DNA from: Gammaproteobacteria bacterium
GTDB taxonomy: Bacteria > Pseudomonadota > Gammaproteobacteria > Arenicellales > JAJDZL01
Assembly: GCA_022823405.1 (NCBI GenBank)
Contig: JAJDXD010000138.1
Coordinates: 492-64,491, forward strand
Reading direction: 5' to 3'
Length of the DNA stretch: 64,000 nucleotides
Below are positions 32,844 to 44,556 of the stretch, in pieces (within the stretch, counting starts at the first letter, position 1; every line of letters starts with the position of its first letter). The notes under the pieces were generated by a model. That model made no database searches, was not told where the DNA came from, and worked only from the letters and a program-made list of their open reading frames with translations. Position numbers and translations under genes: made by a program.

Positions 32844-35800
32844 TACGCCGCGAACTCCTGAGCTTCCAATAATTCAACGGAAAGCACTCTTGAAACATTA
32901 GGTTCTGGCATTGTTACGCCAATCAATGAATCAACTGATTCCATCGTAATCTTGTTATGGGTGATGACAATCATTTGCGTATTGTCTGACAGGGCATGCA
33001 GGCTGTAACACAATCGATGGACATTCTCATCATCAAGCGGTGCATCAATTTCGTCCAGCAGGCAAACCGGGGACGGATTCAGTTGAAATAATGACAGAAT
33101 AAGCGCAACTGCGGTTAACGCTTTTTCTCCTCCCGAGAGTGCCTGGATGTTATCTATGCGCTTGCCTTTTGGACGAGCATAAATTTTCAATCCGGCATTA
33201 TTCGGATATTCGCCAATCAGTTCGAGGTGTCCACTACCACCACCAAACAGTGAGGGAAGTAGTCTTTGAAACTCAGAATTTACAAAACTGAAGGTTTCGT
33301 TGAACCTGTCTCGCGACTCTTTGTCAATTTTTCTGATCGTCTGCTGCAACGTTTCCATCGCGCGCATCAGATCACTATACTGTTCGTCCATGTAGGACTT
33401 ACGTTCGACTTCCTGCTCATACTGTTCGACTGCAACCAGATTTACTGAGCCTATACTTTCGATACGCTTTTCAAGCCTTTCATATTTTGCTGTTGCCTCC
33501 TCATGGTCGAAGCTATCATCCAAACTCGCTACAACAGTTTCAGCATTCGACTTTCGATCCGAAATTTTTTGTTTGAGTTCTTCAGACTGCGCACTTAGTC
33601 TGCCAAGTTCAATATTTTGCTGCTGTAATTTCTGATTGATTTCTTCCACACCAAACTGATTCTGGACGCGTGATTCGTCTAGTTTGCGGCGTCGAATCTC
33701 TGCTTCCTCAATCTGGTTTCTCACTTGAGCTAATTTTGAATCGACAGTTTTTCTCTTGGAGACCAGATCATCCAGACTCACTTGCAGCGAATCAGTAGGA
33801 TCGCCTCTAGACGCAAGTTTCACTTCGAGAGATTCCATTTCGGAACGAAAATCTGACACGCGTTGTTCAAGATCGGATAGCGAGGATTCAGCGAGATTTT
33901 GGTTAGCGACGAAATTTTGTGCCTGAAGTTCCAGCTGATAGCACTTGTGAACAGTTTCACTGACAGATTCATGCATCGCTTTCAACTTTTGTGAAAATGC
34001 CTTCGACTGCACCATCTGCGCTTCTCTTTGCTGCTCCGCTGCGGTAAGTGCTTCAGTTTCGGTCTGCAAATGACGCTGTAGGGCAGTCTGATCAGTTTCC
34101 AGGCGCACGCGAGCACCGCCTAGATGCTGTTTTCGGTCGCCCAATTCAGCGAGCTTTGTGACGGTCTGAAGACGCTGAACTTCAGACTCATTCAATTTTG
34201 TGCGAATCTTCTCAAGTTCATCAATTTTGGTCACAAGATAGCTGCGCTTTTGACCAAGCTTGAGTTCAAGATCTGAAACCTGACTTCGTAATGTGTCGAT
34301 CTGGTTCTTTTTCGCTTCCTCAATTGCATCGAATTCCTCTACCTGCTCTCTCAGATCATGAATTAGGCTAGCGGTTTCGAGTCTTCCCGTTGACTGATCA
34401 TCTCCAATTGCAGGTGCAAACCAGTTGACGCCCACCATCGAACCATCCGCAGTGACGACACATTCATTGGCACTTAGCTGACCTTTCATCGACATGGCAC
34501 TCGTCAAAGTGTCTGCTGTGTAGACACCTGCCAGCAATTTTTCTGCACGCTGATTCGGACTCTTGACATGTTGGGCGAGGCTATCGAACCGTAATTCCAA
34601 TTCCGAATCGACACCTCCATTAACAAAGTACTGTGGCGTTGAAAATTTCTGACTGTCTGCAGCACGCATAACTACTGAAATATCGTCAACACAGAATGCA
34701 CCCAACTTTTCTCCAAGCACGCGATCGACAGCTCTTTCCCATCCATCTGACACGGTTACGGTTGTGTACAACTCCTTTGAATCGGCCAGTTGATGGTCCT
34801 CAAGCCAAATCGAAAATTCTTCATCATCTTCAGTTGGGGATCCACCCAGACTTCTTTCGAGAGCGGCCAGTTGTACCCGTGTATCCCGGGCACTTTCCCT
34901 TAAGCTCTCCAATTCAACAGCATACTGATCAATCTGTGTTCGTCGCTCGGACAGGTCAGATTCCATCTGATGAATTTGTGCCTTTAACTCGTCGCATTCG
35001 ACTACAACACCATTCATCACTTGCTGAGACGAATCCTCTACAAACTGAGAAGATATGTCCTCAAGCCGGGAGATTTCTTTGGTTACCGATTCTAACGATT
35101 CGAGCGTTGCAGTCAAATTATTTCGATTCTCTGCCAATGCTGAAAATGCCGATTCGCGTCGCCGTACCGCTTCAATGACCTGCTGCTCCAGTTTCTCCGC
35201 CAAAATCTGATTCTCAGAATGCTGGCTTTCTTCCTGATTCAGATTTGATTGTTCCGTTTGCAGGATTTCCTTGGTGCTGCTCAATTGGGCCAGAACTCGC
35301 TCATGCTCCATCGCAGCAGACTTGGCCTTGTCTCGCTGGTTGGTGATCGCTCGTTCAGTTTCTCCAATTTGAACTGATTTCGCACGAATTTCGTCCTTGG
35401 TGCGTTCAATTTCTTCAGCGCATTCCTTAATACGCCGGTCGAAATCTGAAATATCTGCATTGATTCGAAACTGCTCCATTTGAACGTCAGTCAGTGTCGA
35501 CTCCAGATTAAGTCGGTGCTGGCGTGCCTTTTCCAAATTCACCTCTACCGCCCGAACACCTGCCGTGCGCTTTTCGAGTTCCAGATCGAACTCTGATTTG
35601 GAAGCATGCAAATCGGAAACCTGATGGTTCATTTCCCGCCATGCATAGGCCAGTAACTGAATTTTGAGACTATCCAGCCGCTCCTTGTTCGAGGTATACC
35701 TGCGTGCCTGATCAGCCTGATATTTGAGTTGTCGAATGCGTTTTTCTATTTCGAGACGCATGTCATTCAAGCGTTCGAGGTTATCCTCAACTCGATTTAA

Positions 35801-36349
35801 CTTCAAAAGCGTTTCGTGTCGCTTTTCTCGAAATTTCGACACACCAGAGGCTTCTTCAATAAACTCGCTCAGATTTTCTGGTTTGCCTTCGACAATTCGG
35901 CTGATCATGCCCTGTTCAATAATGGAATAGGAGCGCGGTCCAAAGCCCGTTCCGAGAAACAACTCTCTGACATCACGGCGGCGAGCGCGGGTACCATTGA
36001 TGAAATATTCAGATATACCGTCTCGCGTGACCGTTCGTCTGATCGAAATTTCAGCATATCTTTCCCACTGCCCGCTACATTGACTGAGTGAATTGTCAAA
36101 CAGCAACTCGACACTGGCCTGACCTGCCGGTTTACGCTGTGCAGACCCATTGAAGATGACGTCATCCAATGTTCCACCGCGTAGGCTCTTGGCAGAAGAC
36201 TCACCAATGACCCAGCGCATTGCATCAATGATGTTTGATTTACCCGACCCATTTGGGCCAACGATGCCGCTCAGAGACCTCGGTACGTGAATCGTAACCG
36301 GGTCAGCAAATGACTTGAATCCGGCAATCTTGATGCTTATGAGGTGCAA
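32843..36349 (-). CDS. smc: Chromosome segregation protein SMC
   Basis: 1168 aa with Walker A GPNGSGKSN, long coiled coils, a hinge, a C-terminal LSGGEKALTA signature and LLDEIDAPLD. Confidence 0.95.
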
Positions 36350-36419
36350 GTACTACGTTCCCTGTTTACGGTTGTTTGAAACTCAAATTCACACCAGTGC
36401 GAAGGAACAAATTTAAAAA

Positions 36420-36438
36420 TTTGCGTTCACGACGCAAA
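36420..36438 (-). terminator. Hairpin terminator candidate after the GST gene
   Basis: TTTGCGT (36420-36426) pairs with ACGCAAA (36432-36438) around a 5-nt loop. A/T runs flank both sides, so it could act bidirectionally. Confidence 0.45.
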
Positions 36439-36454
36439 ATTTTTTTCCTTCCTA

Positions 36455-37060
36455 TCAGTCATGTGGAATGGTGTTTTTCAACGAAGGTCGTTCGCAGACA
36501 GATTGGTGCCAGACTTCCAAATTCGAGCGACCTTCCCGCCAATTCTCCATACTAAATCGGAAGTCGAGATACTCTAGTGCACAGGCGACTGTCAACTGAC
36601 CGATCTGAAATCCGCCTGATAATTGATCTGAATTTCTTTCAAGGACATTGAGTGTTCGTTCAATCGCAGCCTTACAGCGATCCTTGAATACTGGAGATTG
36701 CTGCTCCTCGGGACGCCTGCTTTCCATAACCCGGCCAACAGATGCATCCAGGATTCCGTCACCAAGTGCCTGCAGTCGCAAAGCAGCCCAACGGGATACG
36801 CCATCTGGCGGAAATAGTCTTGGTGTTGTACCCAGACTATCAAGATATTCACAGATCACGGGTGAATCAAATAACACCTCACCATTTTCAAGTGCCAAGG
36901 CAGGTACCTTGCCAAGTGGATTTTCCTGGCCCAAATCAGTATCAGGCGCGAATGGGTTGGTCAACACGTTCTCAACATGGTTTTCCAGGCCACATTCAAT
37001 AATGGTTGCAGAGACTTTGCGAACAAATGGAGAAGTTGTTGAATAACGCAATTTCAGCAT
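36455..37060 (-). CDS. Glutathione S-transferase family protein
   Basis: 201 aa with a thioredoxin-like N-domain (SPFVRKV...KVPAL...SPVICEYL) and a helical C-domain. Confidence 0.8.
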   Translation of the reverse strand: MLKLRYSTTSPFVRKVSATIIECGLENHVENVLTNPFAPDTDLGQENPLGKVPALALENGEVLFDSPVICEYLDSLGTTPRLFPPDGVSRWAALRLQALGDGILDASVGRVMESRRPEEQQSPVFKDRCKAAIERTLNVLERNSDQLSGGFQIGQLTVACALEYLDFRFSMENWREGRSNLEVWHQSVCERPSLKNTIPHD

Positions 37061-37231
37061 GGGAAGCTCTCTTGAAATGAAGTGAGGTGTAGCCCTTGAT
37101 TGACGAATGCCAATCTAAATCTTGCAAAAATTGGGCAAATGTGGTACAAAAGCCGTTTTCCAAACTCGGAATAAAAATTAACGACACGACTTTTTTTTCG
37201 GTCACTATATTTTACAAAGCAACACACCAAA

Positions 37232-37675
37232 ATGGTTGAAAATTTATTTAATTCTGATTCTGATACAGACGTTTTAAGCTTTGTACCATATTCTCCTGGG
37301 AAGAATGAGAAGTACATGAGCAAAAAGCAACGAGAACACTTCATGCGCATTCTTACGGATTGGCGCCAGAGTTTACTGGACGAGTCCACTCGTACAGTGA
37401 CAACATTACAGGATGAAACAATCAACCATCCAGACCCGACTGATCGGGCGAGTCAAGAAGCCGATATGTCTATTGAGTTGCGTAATCGAGACCGGGAACG
37501 GCGTCTGATTCGAAAAATAGAAGAATCGATTGCACGGCTTGAATCTCGCAATTATGGATTCTGTGAAAGTTGTGGCGTGGAAATTGGACTTGGGAGGCTG
37601 GAAGCACGGCCAACCGCGACTTTGTGTCTGGACTGCAAAACGCTAGATGAACTGAAAGAGCGTCGAATGTACTAA
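37232..37675 (+). CDS. dksA: RNA polymerase-binding transcription factor DksA
   Basis: Coiled-coil region with DxxDxA-like acidic tip (DPTDRASQEAD) and a four-Cys zinc finger CESCGVEIGLGRLEARPTATLCLDCK. Confidence 0.9.
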   Translation: MVENLFNSDSDTDVLSFVPYSPGKNEKYMSKKQREHFMRILTDWRQSLLDESTRTVTTLQDETINHPDPTDRASQEADMSIELRNRDRERRLIRKIEESIARLESRNYGFCESCGVEIGLGRLEARPTATLCLDCKTLDELKERRMY

Positions 37676-37735
37676 TGTGCCATTCGCTCTGCGGCTGCCA
37701 ACTGTCTCGCATCTAATCACCACGTCATAGGGCAT

Positions 37736-38515
37736 TTACCAATACCTGCACGGGGGTGGAATCGCCGGCAGCGGGTATTCTTCGGGATACGAGGCCGAAG
37801 TAAAGTAAAGTCCATCAGCCGGTGCAGTTATCCCTGCGAGAGTTCGGTCTTTCTGCTCAAGTACATGCCGAGCCCAGTCAATGTTCTGGTCCCCGCATCC
37901 AATCGATAACAGGACTCCAACGAAGTTTCTGACCATATGGTGCAAGAATCCACTGGCTTCGATATCGAACCAAAACCAATTGTCTACCTGTCCAACATCT
38001 AACGTTGTCACTGTTTTGACAGGTACTTTGTTCCGGCAGCGCGATGAACGAAACGCACTGAAGTCGTGTGTACCAATCAGTGATGAGGCAGCTTCCCTCA
38101 TTCGCTCTAGGTCTAAAGAGCGAGGAAACCAACTGATGCGCTTTGCCAGGTAGCTGGGACGAACCCGACGATTTAGCAGCACATAACGATACCTGCGACT
38201 CACAGCGCTGAAACGCGCATGAAAATTCTGGTCCACCTCCTTGGTCCAAATCAGGCTGGCACCTACTGGAAGTTTCGCATTAGCACCCATCACCCAATTG
38301 AACTCATTTCGCTGGCTGTCAGATTCAAAGTGAAAGACCTGTCCACAGGCATGCACCCCAGTATCAGTACGACCGGCACAATGTACTCGGACCGGATGAT
38401 CCGCAATATCTGTCAACGCTTTTTCGACGGCTTCCTGGACCGTTGGCTGCCCGTGCTGAATTTGCCAGCCGCAAAATCGGGAACCGTCATATTCGATACA
38501 GCCAGCAATTTTCAT
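37736..38515 (-). CDS. truA: tRNA pseudouridine(38-40) synthase
   Basis: MKIAGCIEYDGSRFCGWQ...CAGRTDTGVHA (catalytic Asp)...RRYRY...HMVRNFVG. Confidence 0.9.
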   Translation of the reverse strand: MKIAGCIEYDGSRFCGWQIQHGQPTVQEAVEKALTDIADHPVRVHCAGRTDTGVHACGQVFHFESDSQRNEFNWVMGANAKLPVGASLIWTKEVDQNFHARFSAVSRRYRYVLLNRRVRPSYLAKRISWFPRSLDLERMREAASSLIGTHDFSAFRSSRCRNKVPVKTVTTLDVGQVDNWFWFDIEASGFLHHMVRNFVGVLLSIGCGDQNIDWARHVLEQKDRTLAGITAPADGLYFTSASYPEEYPLPAIPPPCRYW

Positions 38516-39208
38516 TAGTTTTGAGGTACTATCGAGCAGAATTCTTCTGGCACTGAACTGGATGGATTTCCTCGCTTGCTCTCATCTCTCAGATGTAACT
38601 CTCAAATCGGCGTGGTTTCCTACGGTGAATCCAAAAAAGCCTGTACACGCCAAATTCCATTCCCTTGAACGAATCACCTAAATTTCATCAAGTTCAATTC
38701 CGATGTGCTTTGACCTGTCACCACTGTTCATTTTTCGCTAGCATTTTACAGCGTCAAAAATATTGATGGTAAGTCCAGAATGCGCAACACGTGGTTAACA
38801 GACAGAAATGCGTGGATTGGCCACTAAATTTCCCAGTTTCATCACGAACAGATGTCGCTCTGAATTCACTTATCATCACCAACAGCAGCTGACGAGTAAA
38901 CATGGTCTACCGAGGTTTTTCACCTAGTTCGTATCATTAACTTCAAGTGGGTGGTTCTGCACAATGACATCGCTTAAATTCTGACGCACACGATCATCTC
39001 AAGCGGCTCAAATTTCGCTGCTAATAACCGGGTCGAGTACTAATTTCAAAATTCATTTTCTCAACATCCTGAGAATACCTATTGCACAAACGTTGATGAC
39101 AGCATTCCAATGAATCCATTTGTTCGATTGCTGGATGTCGATTCACTTAAAACATTCAGACTGATCAAACTTTTTCGCGACTTCTACTGAAATTCAGCAA
39201 ACGATCGA

Positions 39209-40480
39209 TTGAGTATAATCATTGCCACTTTTCACGCAGTCGCGGTGGTGCCTTTGAATTCAAACATTAATTCAGAAACTGACTCATTTCGGTCAGGTCC
39301 CGACGAAACCGGTCATTTCGGCATTTATGGTGGCCGATTTGTCGCAGAAACACTGATGCCGCTGATTCTGAACGTTGAAAAAGCCTACCGTGCGGCGAGC
39401 AATGACCCCGATTTTCAAAATGAGTTCGATTACTACGCCAAACACTACATCGGCCGACCCAGTCCACTCTACCATGCCGCTCGACTGAGCGAGCATCTTG
39501 GTGGCCCCAAAATCTACTTCAAGCGAGATGAACTGAATCACACTGGTGCACACAAAATCAACAATACGCTTGGGCAAATCTTGCTCGCACGGCGGATGAA
39601 AAAAACTCGCATCATTGCTGAAACTGGAGCCGGGCAACACGGAGTTGCAACTGCAACAGTGTGTGCGCTGTTCGATCTTCCTTGTGTGGTTTACATGGGT
39701 GAAACCGATATTGAACGCCAAGCTCCCAATGTGTTCCGAATGAAATTGCTGGGTGCCGAAGTGATACCCGTTACCTCGGGAACCGGCACACTCAAAGATG
39801 CTATGAACGAAGCGCTACGCGACTGGGTGGCAAATGTTGATACCACTTTTTACATTATCGGAACTGTCGCCGGGCCGCACCCCTATCCAGAAATGGTGCG
39901 AAACTTTCAAAGTGTGATTGGAAACGAAACTCGTGAGCAGATTCTTGAAGCCGAAAACCGGTTGCCGGACTGTTTAGTGGCCTGTATTGGCGGCGGTTCA
40001 AACGCAATGGGGCTTTTTCATCCATTTCTTGATCATCCAGATATCCAAATTATTGGCGTGGAAGCAGCCGGTCTAGGAATTGAAACGGGCAAACATGCTG
40101 CCTCGATTACAGGTGGACAACCAGGTGTATTACACGGCAATCGAACTTATTTGCTACAAACAGATGACGGTCAAATTATTGATGCCCATTCAATCTCCGC
40201 AGGGCTTGACTATCCGGGCATCGGACCAGAGCACTCCTGGTTACATGAATCTGGCCGGGTTTCTTACGTTTCAGTTACCGATCAGGAAGCACTGGAAGCA
40301 TTTCAGCTGTGCTGCCAGACTGAAGGCATCATTCCAGCACTGGAACCCGCTCACGCTCTGGCACATGTCATGAAAATCGCAAAACAGTTTGATCCCAGTC
40401 AGATCCTGGTAATGAACATGTGTGGTCGCGGAGATAAAGACGTATTTTCGGTGGCTGAAGCTTTGGGGACAAAACTGTGA
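39209..40480 (+). CDS. trpB: Tryptophan synthase beta chain
   Basis: [16 protein letters not shown]...[11 protein letters not shown] (PLP lysine)...GGGSNAMG. The start is uncertain: TTG 39209 per the ORF track, with in-frame GTGs at 39245 and 39248. Confidence 0.95.
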   Translation: MSIIIATFHAVAVVPLNSNINSETDSFRSGPDETGHFGIYGGRFVAETLMPLILNVEKAYRAASNDPDFQNEFDYYAKHYIGRPSPLYHAARLSEHLGGPKIYFKRDELNHTGAHKINNTLGQILLARRMKKTRIIAETGAGQHGVATATVCALFDLPCVVYMGETDIERQAPNVFRMKLLGAEVIPVTSGTGTLKDAMNEALRDWVANVDTTFYIIGTVAGPHPYPEMVRNFQSVIGNETREQILEAENRLPDCLVACIGGGSNAMGLFHPFLDHPDIQIIGVEAAGLGIETGKHAASITGGQPGVLHGNRTYLLQTDDGQIIDAHSISAGLDYPGIGPEHSWLHESGRVSYVSVTDQEALEAFQLCCQTEGIIPALEPAHALAHVMKIAKQFDPSQILVMNMCGRGDKDVFSVAEALGTKL

Positions 40481-41316
40481 ACCAAAGTAATCTGTCTGAC
40501 ACTAGGATAACGCGCTGTTTCGCGAAACTCGCAAATCAGAATCGTAAGGCTTTTGTTGCCTTTCTTACCGCAGGTGATCCGGATTTTCAGACTAGCAAAC
40601 AGCTTGTATCAGGACTGCCAGCAGCCGGTGTCGATGTTATTGAAATCGGCATGCCATTTTCCGACCCAATGGCCGACGGCCCGTCCATTCAAGTTTCTAG
40701 TCAGAGGGCTCTCAGAAATGGTATGACCCTGGTAAAGACTCTTGATTTGGTGAGGGAGTTTCGAAAGACTGATGACGCAACCCCAATCGTTCTGATGGGT
40801 TATTACAACCCCATCTATCGATATGGTGCTCATCGCTTTGTACAAGAGTGCGCCGAAATTGGCGTCGACGGGTTGATTATTGTTGATTTACCACCGGAAG
40901 AGGATAAGGAACTTTGCGAGCCAGCTCTGACCGCAGGCCTGCACTGGGTCCGATTGGTTACCCCTTCCACTGATGATGACCGCATTGATGCGGTGCTTCA
41001 CAACGTCAGCGGGTTTGTGTACTACATTTCAGTATTGGGTGTAACGGGCACTCGTAGGGCCATGGCAGACCATATAGAGGTGGCTGTTTCGCGTCTTCGA
41101 AAATACACCAAACTACCAATCGCAGTTGGCTTTGGGATAAAAACTCCAGAGCATGCCAGCGCCGTTGCAGAACATGCCGATGGAATTGTGGTTGGTTCGG
41201 CCATCGTTGACATGGTCAAAGCCAATCTAGACGAAATTGGCAAACCCAATGCAGAACTCGTCGACCGCGTTCATGATTTTGTGCGCGATATTGCCAAAGG
41301 TGTTGAAAACGCCTAA
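40477..41316 (+). CDS. trpA: Tryptophan synthase alpha chain
   Basis: [11 protein letters not shown]...[18 protein letters not shown]...GFGI. There is a 4-nt overlap with the trpB stop. Confidence 0.95.
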   Translation: MNQSNLSDTRITRCFAKLANQNRKAFVAFLTAGDPDFQTSKQLVSGLPAAGVDVIEIGMPFSDPMADGPSIQVSSQRALRNGMTLVKTLDLVREFRKTDDATPIVLMGYYNPIYRYGAHRFVQECAEIGVDGLIIVDLPPEEDKELCEPALTAGLHWVRLVTPSTDDDRIDAVLHNVSGFVYYISVLGVTGTRRAMADHIEVAVSRLRKYTKLPIAVGFGIKTPEHASAVAEHADGIVVGSAIVDMVKANLDEIGKPNAELVDRVHDFVRDIAKGVENA

Positions 41317-41331
41317 AACAACTACTGGTAG

Positions 41332-42192
41332 TCAGGCTTCGGGCGCTTTGTCTAACCGTTTGAGGTAATTGAGCGCCGTTTTTCTTTCGCTGACGTTTCC
41401 GCATACCAAGATTTCGACGGCCAAAGATTTGACCTGATCGGTTTCACCCATTTCAAACGCAATACGAACCAGGTCTAGCAATGTTTTCACATTTCCAAAT
41501 TCAGTCATTGGTCCTAGCAGTTCCTGGAGAGATTCAGCATCAATCTCAAACGCGGTAGATGGTTGCGGCACAACCTCTTCCGGATATCTGTCAGGAGAAA
41601 TCAGACGTCCTAATTCCGCAGCGTGACGACAGATTTCCTCGTCAGCATTGAGGCCATTGGGAAAAATTTCTTCCACCAGCGATTCATAGGCCGCGGCATT
41701 ATTACGAGTGGCACAGCAGGCTAATGAGTAAATCATGGCTCCGATATCGTTTGGCTGTTTACTGCGCTTACCAAGCAAGACCTTTTCCGCTCCAGCAATG
41801 TCTCCATCACGCAAATACTGTATGACACTGACGGGTGCAACTTTGTCAGCCCAAGCTATTGTTTCAGCTAGCTTTTGCTGCTGTTCTTTCTTGTCTTTTG
41901 TATCTTGATACTCGCCTTTGGGAGGACTTGGCTTTGGTTCTGACTTCTTCGGAGAGACGAGTGTTAGTTCAAACAATACCAAACCTGAAGTGAGTACAAA
42001 TAGCGCTCCGAAAAAAACCAAAGCGACTATCAGTAACCAAACGACACGCGCTGATGGATCCTGTTCACTGCGCTGGACAACCCATTCCCAAAAATCCTTG
42101 AGGTGCTCACCCTCAATTTGGGTTGCTTCCAGCAGCAGGTAAGAGAATGTCTGCTGTAGAGCCGAGACTAACGAGGTCAGTTCGAATTCCAA
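41332..42192 (-). CDS. Short FimV-family protein (TM anchor plus FimV C-terminal motif, no LysM region)
   Basis: One TM segment VVWLLIVALVFFGALFVLTSGLVLF, a K/E/P-rich linker, and a C-terminal TLLDLVRIAFEMGETDQVKSLAVEILVCGNVSERKTALNYLKRL resembling the FimV C-terminal domain. It sits next to asd, where fimV lies in Pseudomonas. Confidence 0.55.
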   Translation of the reverse strand: MEFELTSLVSALQQTFSYLLLEATQIEGEHLKDFWEWVVQRSEQDPSARVVWLLIVALVFFGALFVLTSGLVLFELTLVSPKKSEPKPSPPKGEYQDTKDKKEQQQKLAETIAWADKVAPVSVIQYLRDGDIAGAEKVLLGKRSKQPNDIGAMIYSLACCATRNNAAAYESLVEEIFPNGLNADEEICRHAAELGRLISPDRYPEEVVPQPSTAFEIDAESLQELLGPMTEFGNVKTLLDLVRIAFEMGETDQVKSLAVEILVCGNVSERKTALNYLKRLDKAPEA

Positions 42193-42352
42193 TTGTTCTT
42201 GCGATACTGAGAATCAATGGTTTGTTGATTCAAATGAATTGCTTTCCAAATAGGTATTTTAGATTCTGACCTCATTCAAAAAAAACCTGTTAATCGTTCC
42301 TGTCGGGAACACCCATACCTGGTGCAGCAACACTGCAAATAAACAGGCAGAT

Positions 42353-43369
42353 TTAGACTGTACCGTAGATGAGGTATTCGGCAATTTGAATGCTGTTTAA
42401 GGCACCACCTTTCCTGACATTGTCAGAAACGATCCACAGATTCAGGCCCAAGTCATGGGAGATGTCTTCTCGAATGCGACCGACAAAAACATCATCTCGA
42501 TTCGCAGCCTCAGTGACTGCTGTTGGATATAACAATGCCTGCGGATCATCTACAACCGTGACACCTTTGGCTTGATGCAGCAACTCACGCGCGTCTGACG
42601 CAGTCAGTTTGTCCCGGGTTTCAATGTGAACGGCTTCGGAATGACCGAAAAATACGGGAATCCGGACGGTTGTTGGATTGACCCGAATGGTGTCGTCTCT
42701 CAATAACTTTCGAGTTTCCCACACCATTTTCATTTCTTCCTTGGAATATCCATTCTCCTGAAATACATCAATATGTGGAATCGCATTGAACGCAATCTGC
42801 CGAGGTGCAACCTCTGCTTCAATCGGCTTGCCATTCAAAAGTGCGGCTGACTGATTGGCCAGTTCATGCACTGCTGATCGCCCAGCTCCTGAAACTGACT
42901 GATAAGTACACACATTTATCCTATCTATTCCAACAGCATCATAAATTGGCTTGAGCGCGACAACCATCTGAATCGTTGAACAATTCGGATTTGCGATGAG
43001 ATGGTCTTCTTCAGTCAATACATCTGCATTCACTTCGGGGACCACCAGCGGAATTTCAGGCTCATACCGAAATCTTGATGTATTGTCAATGACGGTACAG
43101 CCTTGTTCCACCGCTTTTCGTGCATAAACGTCTGAAACACTTGCACCAGCAGAGAACAGCCCGTACTGAACACGCGAAAAATCGAATTCTGACAACAAAC
43201 CGACCTTTACCGGCTGGTCGTGAAATTGCAGTGTCGATCCCGCGGATCGCTCACTACCCAAAGGATAAATATTTCTGATCGGAAAGTCCCGCTCTTCCAA
43301 TATGGACATCATCGCTTCACCGATCATTCCCGATGCTCCAACAACTGCTACATCAAAATTTTCCCGCAT
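42353..43369 (-). CDS. asd: Aspartate-semialdehyde dehydrogenase (short ~340-aa form; a USG-1-like paralog is not excluded)
   Basis: Rossmann motif VAVVGASGMIG, active-site Cys in NPNCSTIQM, and SVSGAG. Confidence 0.8.
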   Translation of the reverse strand: MRENFDVAVVGASGMIGEAMMSILEERDFPIRNIYPLGSERSAGSTLQFHDQPVKVGLLSEFDFSRVQYGLFSAGASVSDVYARKAVEQGCTVIDNTSRFRYEPEIPLVVPEVNADVLTEEDHLIANPNCSTIQMVVALKPIYDAVGIDRINVCTYQSVSGAGRSAVHELANQSAALLNGKPIEAEVAPRQIAFNAIPHIDVFQENGYSKEEMKMVWETRKLLRDDTIRVNPTTVRIPVFFGHSEAVHIETRDKLTASDARELLHQAKGVTVVDDPQALLYPTAVTEAANRDDVFVGRIREDISHDLGLNLWIVSDNVRKGGALNSIQIAEYLIYGTV

Positions 43370-43400
43370 AACAGGCCTTCCTGTTTCCTCTAAATGATCC

Positions 43401-44489
43401 TCAATTCAATCGCTGTGATAATTCACTTAGAACTTCTGTTCCCATCCGTTCAGTACCAACTTTTTCGGCACCTGCAAAGTATATATCAGGCGTTCGCAAT
43501 CCCCGTTCAATCACGCTCTCAACAGACTGTTCTACAAGATCAGCCAAATTGTCTTCTTTCATGGTATAGCGTAGCAGCATCGCCAACGACAGGAACATTG
43601 CCATCGGATTGGCCTTGTCCTCTCCTGCTATATCCGGGGCAGTACCGTGAACCGGTTCATAGAGTCCTTTCTGGTTGTTATCCAGTGAAGCAGATGGCAA
43701 CATTCCAATTGATCCGGTTAACATCGCGGAGATATCTGAGAGTATGTCGCCAAACATATTTGTGGTAACAATGACATCAAACTGTTTAGGATCTCGAACG
43801 AGTTGCATCGCAGCGTTGTCGACCAGCATGTGAGTTAATTCAACATCCGGATATTCCGTTCCAACTTCAGTCACCACCTCCCGCCAAAACTCCGTTGTTT
43901 CCAGCACATTCGCTTTGTCAATTGAACACACCCGATTACCTCGCTGACGGGCAATATTGAAAGCAACATGAGCGATTCGTTTCACTTCATCATCATGATA
44001 AACCAAGGTGTTTATCCCGCGGCGGCGGCCGGATTCCAACGTTTCCACACCCCTTGGCTCACCAAAATAAATGCCTCCTGTCAGTTCCCGAATGATCAGA
44101 ATATTCAGCCCTGCAACAATTTCGTCTTTCAGCGATGACGACGACGCGAGAGACGGAAACAGAATCGCTGGCCTAAGATTTGCGAACAGGTCCAATTCAC
44201 GACGCAGGCGCAGAAGTGCCGTTTCAGGCCGTTCTGATCTTGGTAAATTGTCCCATTTCGGACCACCGGCAGCACCAAATAGAATGGCATCACAAGCTCT
44301 TGCCTTAGACAATGTCGATTCAGGAAGAGAGTGCCCTGTCTTGTCATAGGCTGCGCCACCCAAATCTGCATACTCCAAATTTACATCCAGACCTGCCGCA
44401 TCGCGTAAATGCTCAACCACGCGAACGGCCTGGGAAACGATTTCAGGGCCAATCCCGTCACCGGGAATCACCAATATGTTTGTCGTCAT
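43401..44489 (-). CDS. leuB: 3-isopropylmalate dehydrogenase
   Basis: [13 protein letters not shown]...[10 protein letters not shown]...NMFGDILSD...[11 protein letters not shown]. Confidence 0.95.
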   Translation of the reverse strand: MTTNILVIPGDGIGPEIVSQAVRVVEHLRDAAGLDVNLEYADLGGAAYDKTGHSLPESTLSKARACDAILFGAAGGPKWDNLPRSERPETALLRLRRELDLFANLRPAILFPSLASSSSLKDEIVAGLNILIIRELTGGIYFGEPRGVETLESGRRRGINTLVYHDDEVKRIAHVAFNIARQRGNRVCSIDKANVLETTEFWREVVTEVGTEYPDVELTHMLVDNAAMQLVRDPKQFDVIVTTNMFGDILSDISAMLTGSIGMLPSASLDNNQKGLYEPVHGTAPDIAGEDKANPMAMFLSLAMLLRYTMKEDNLADLVEQSVESVIERGLRTPDIYFAGAEKVGTERMGTEVLSELSQRLN

Positions 44490-44556
44490 CTGATTGACTC
44501 CTTGAGAAAGAAACGTTTGTTAAAATTTAAAGTTGACAGGAAAACTGATCGCCGAA

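Noticed and set aside
38516-39208. A trp attenuator leader peptide, or an Rsm/Csr-type sRNA, in the truA-trpB gap
   Set aside because: I found no short ORF with tandem Trp codons followed by a terminator/antiterminator. The GGA motif count on either strand is about what random sequence of this length would give. Hence only the generic ORF-free-region finding is reported.
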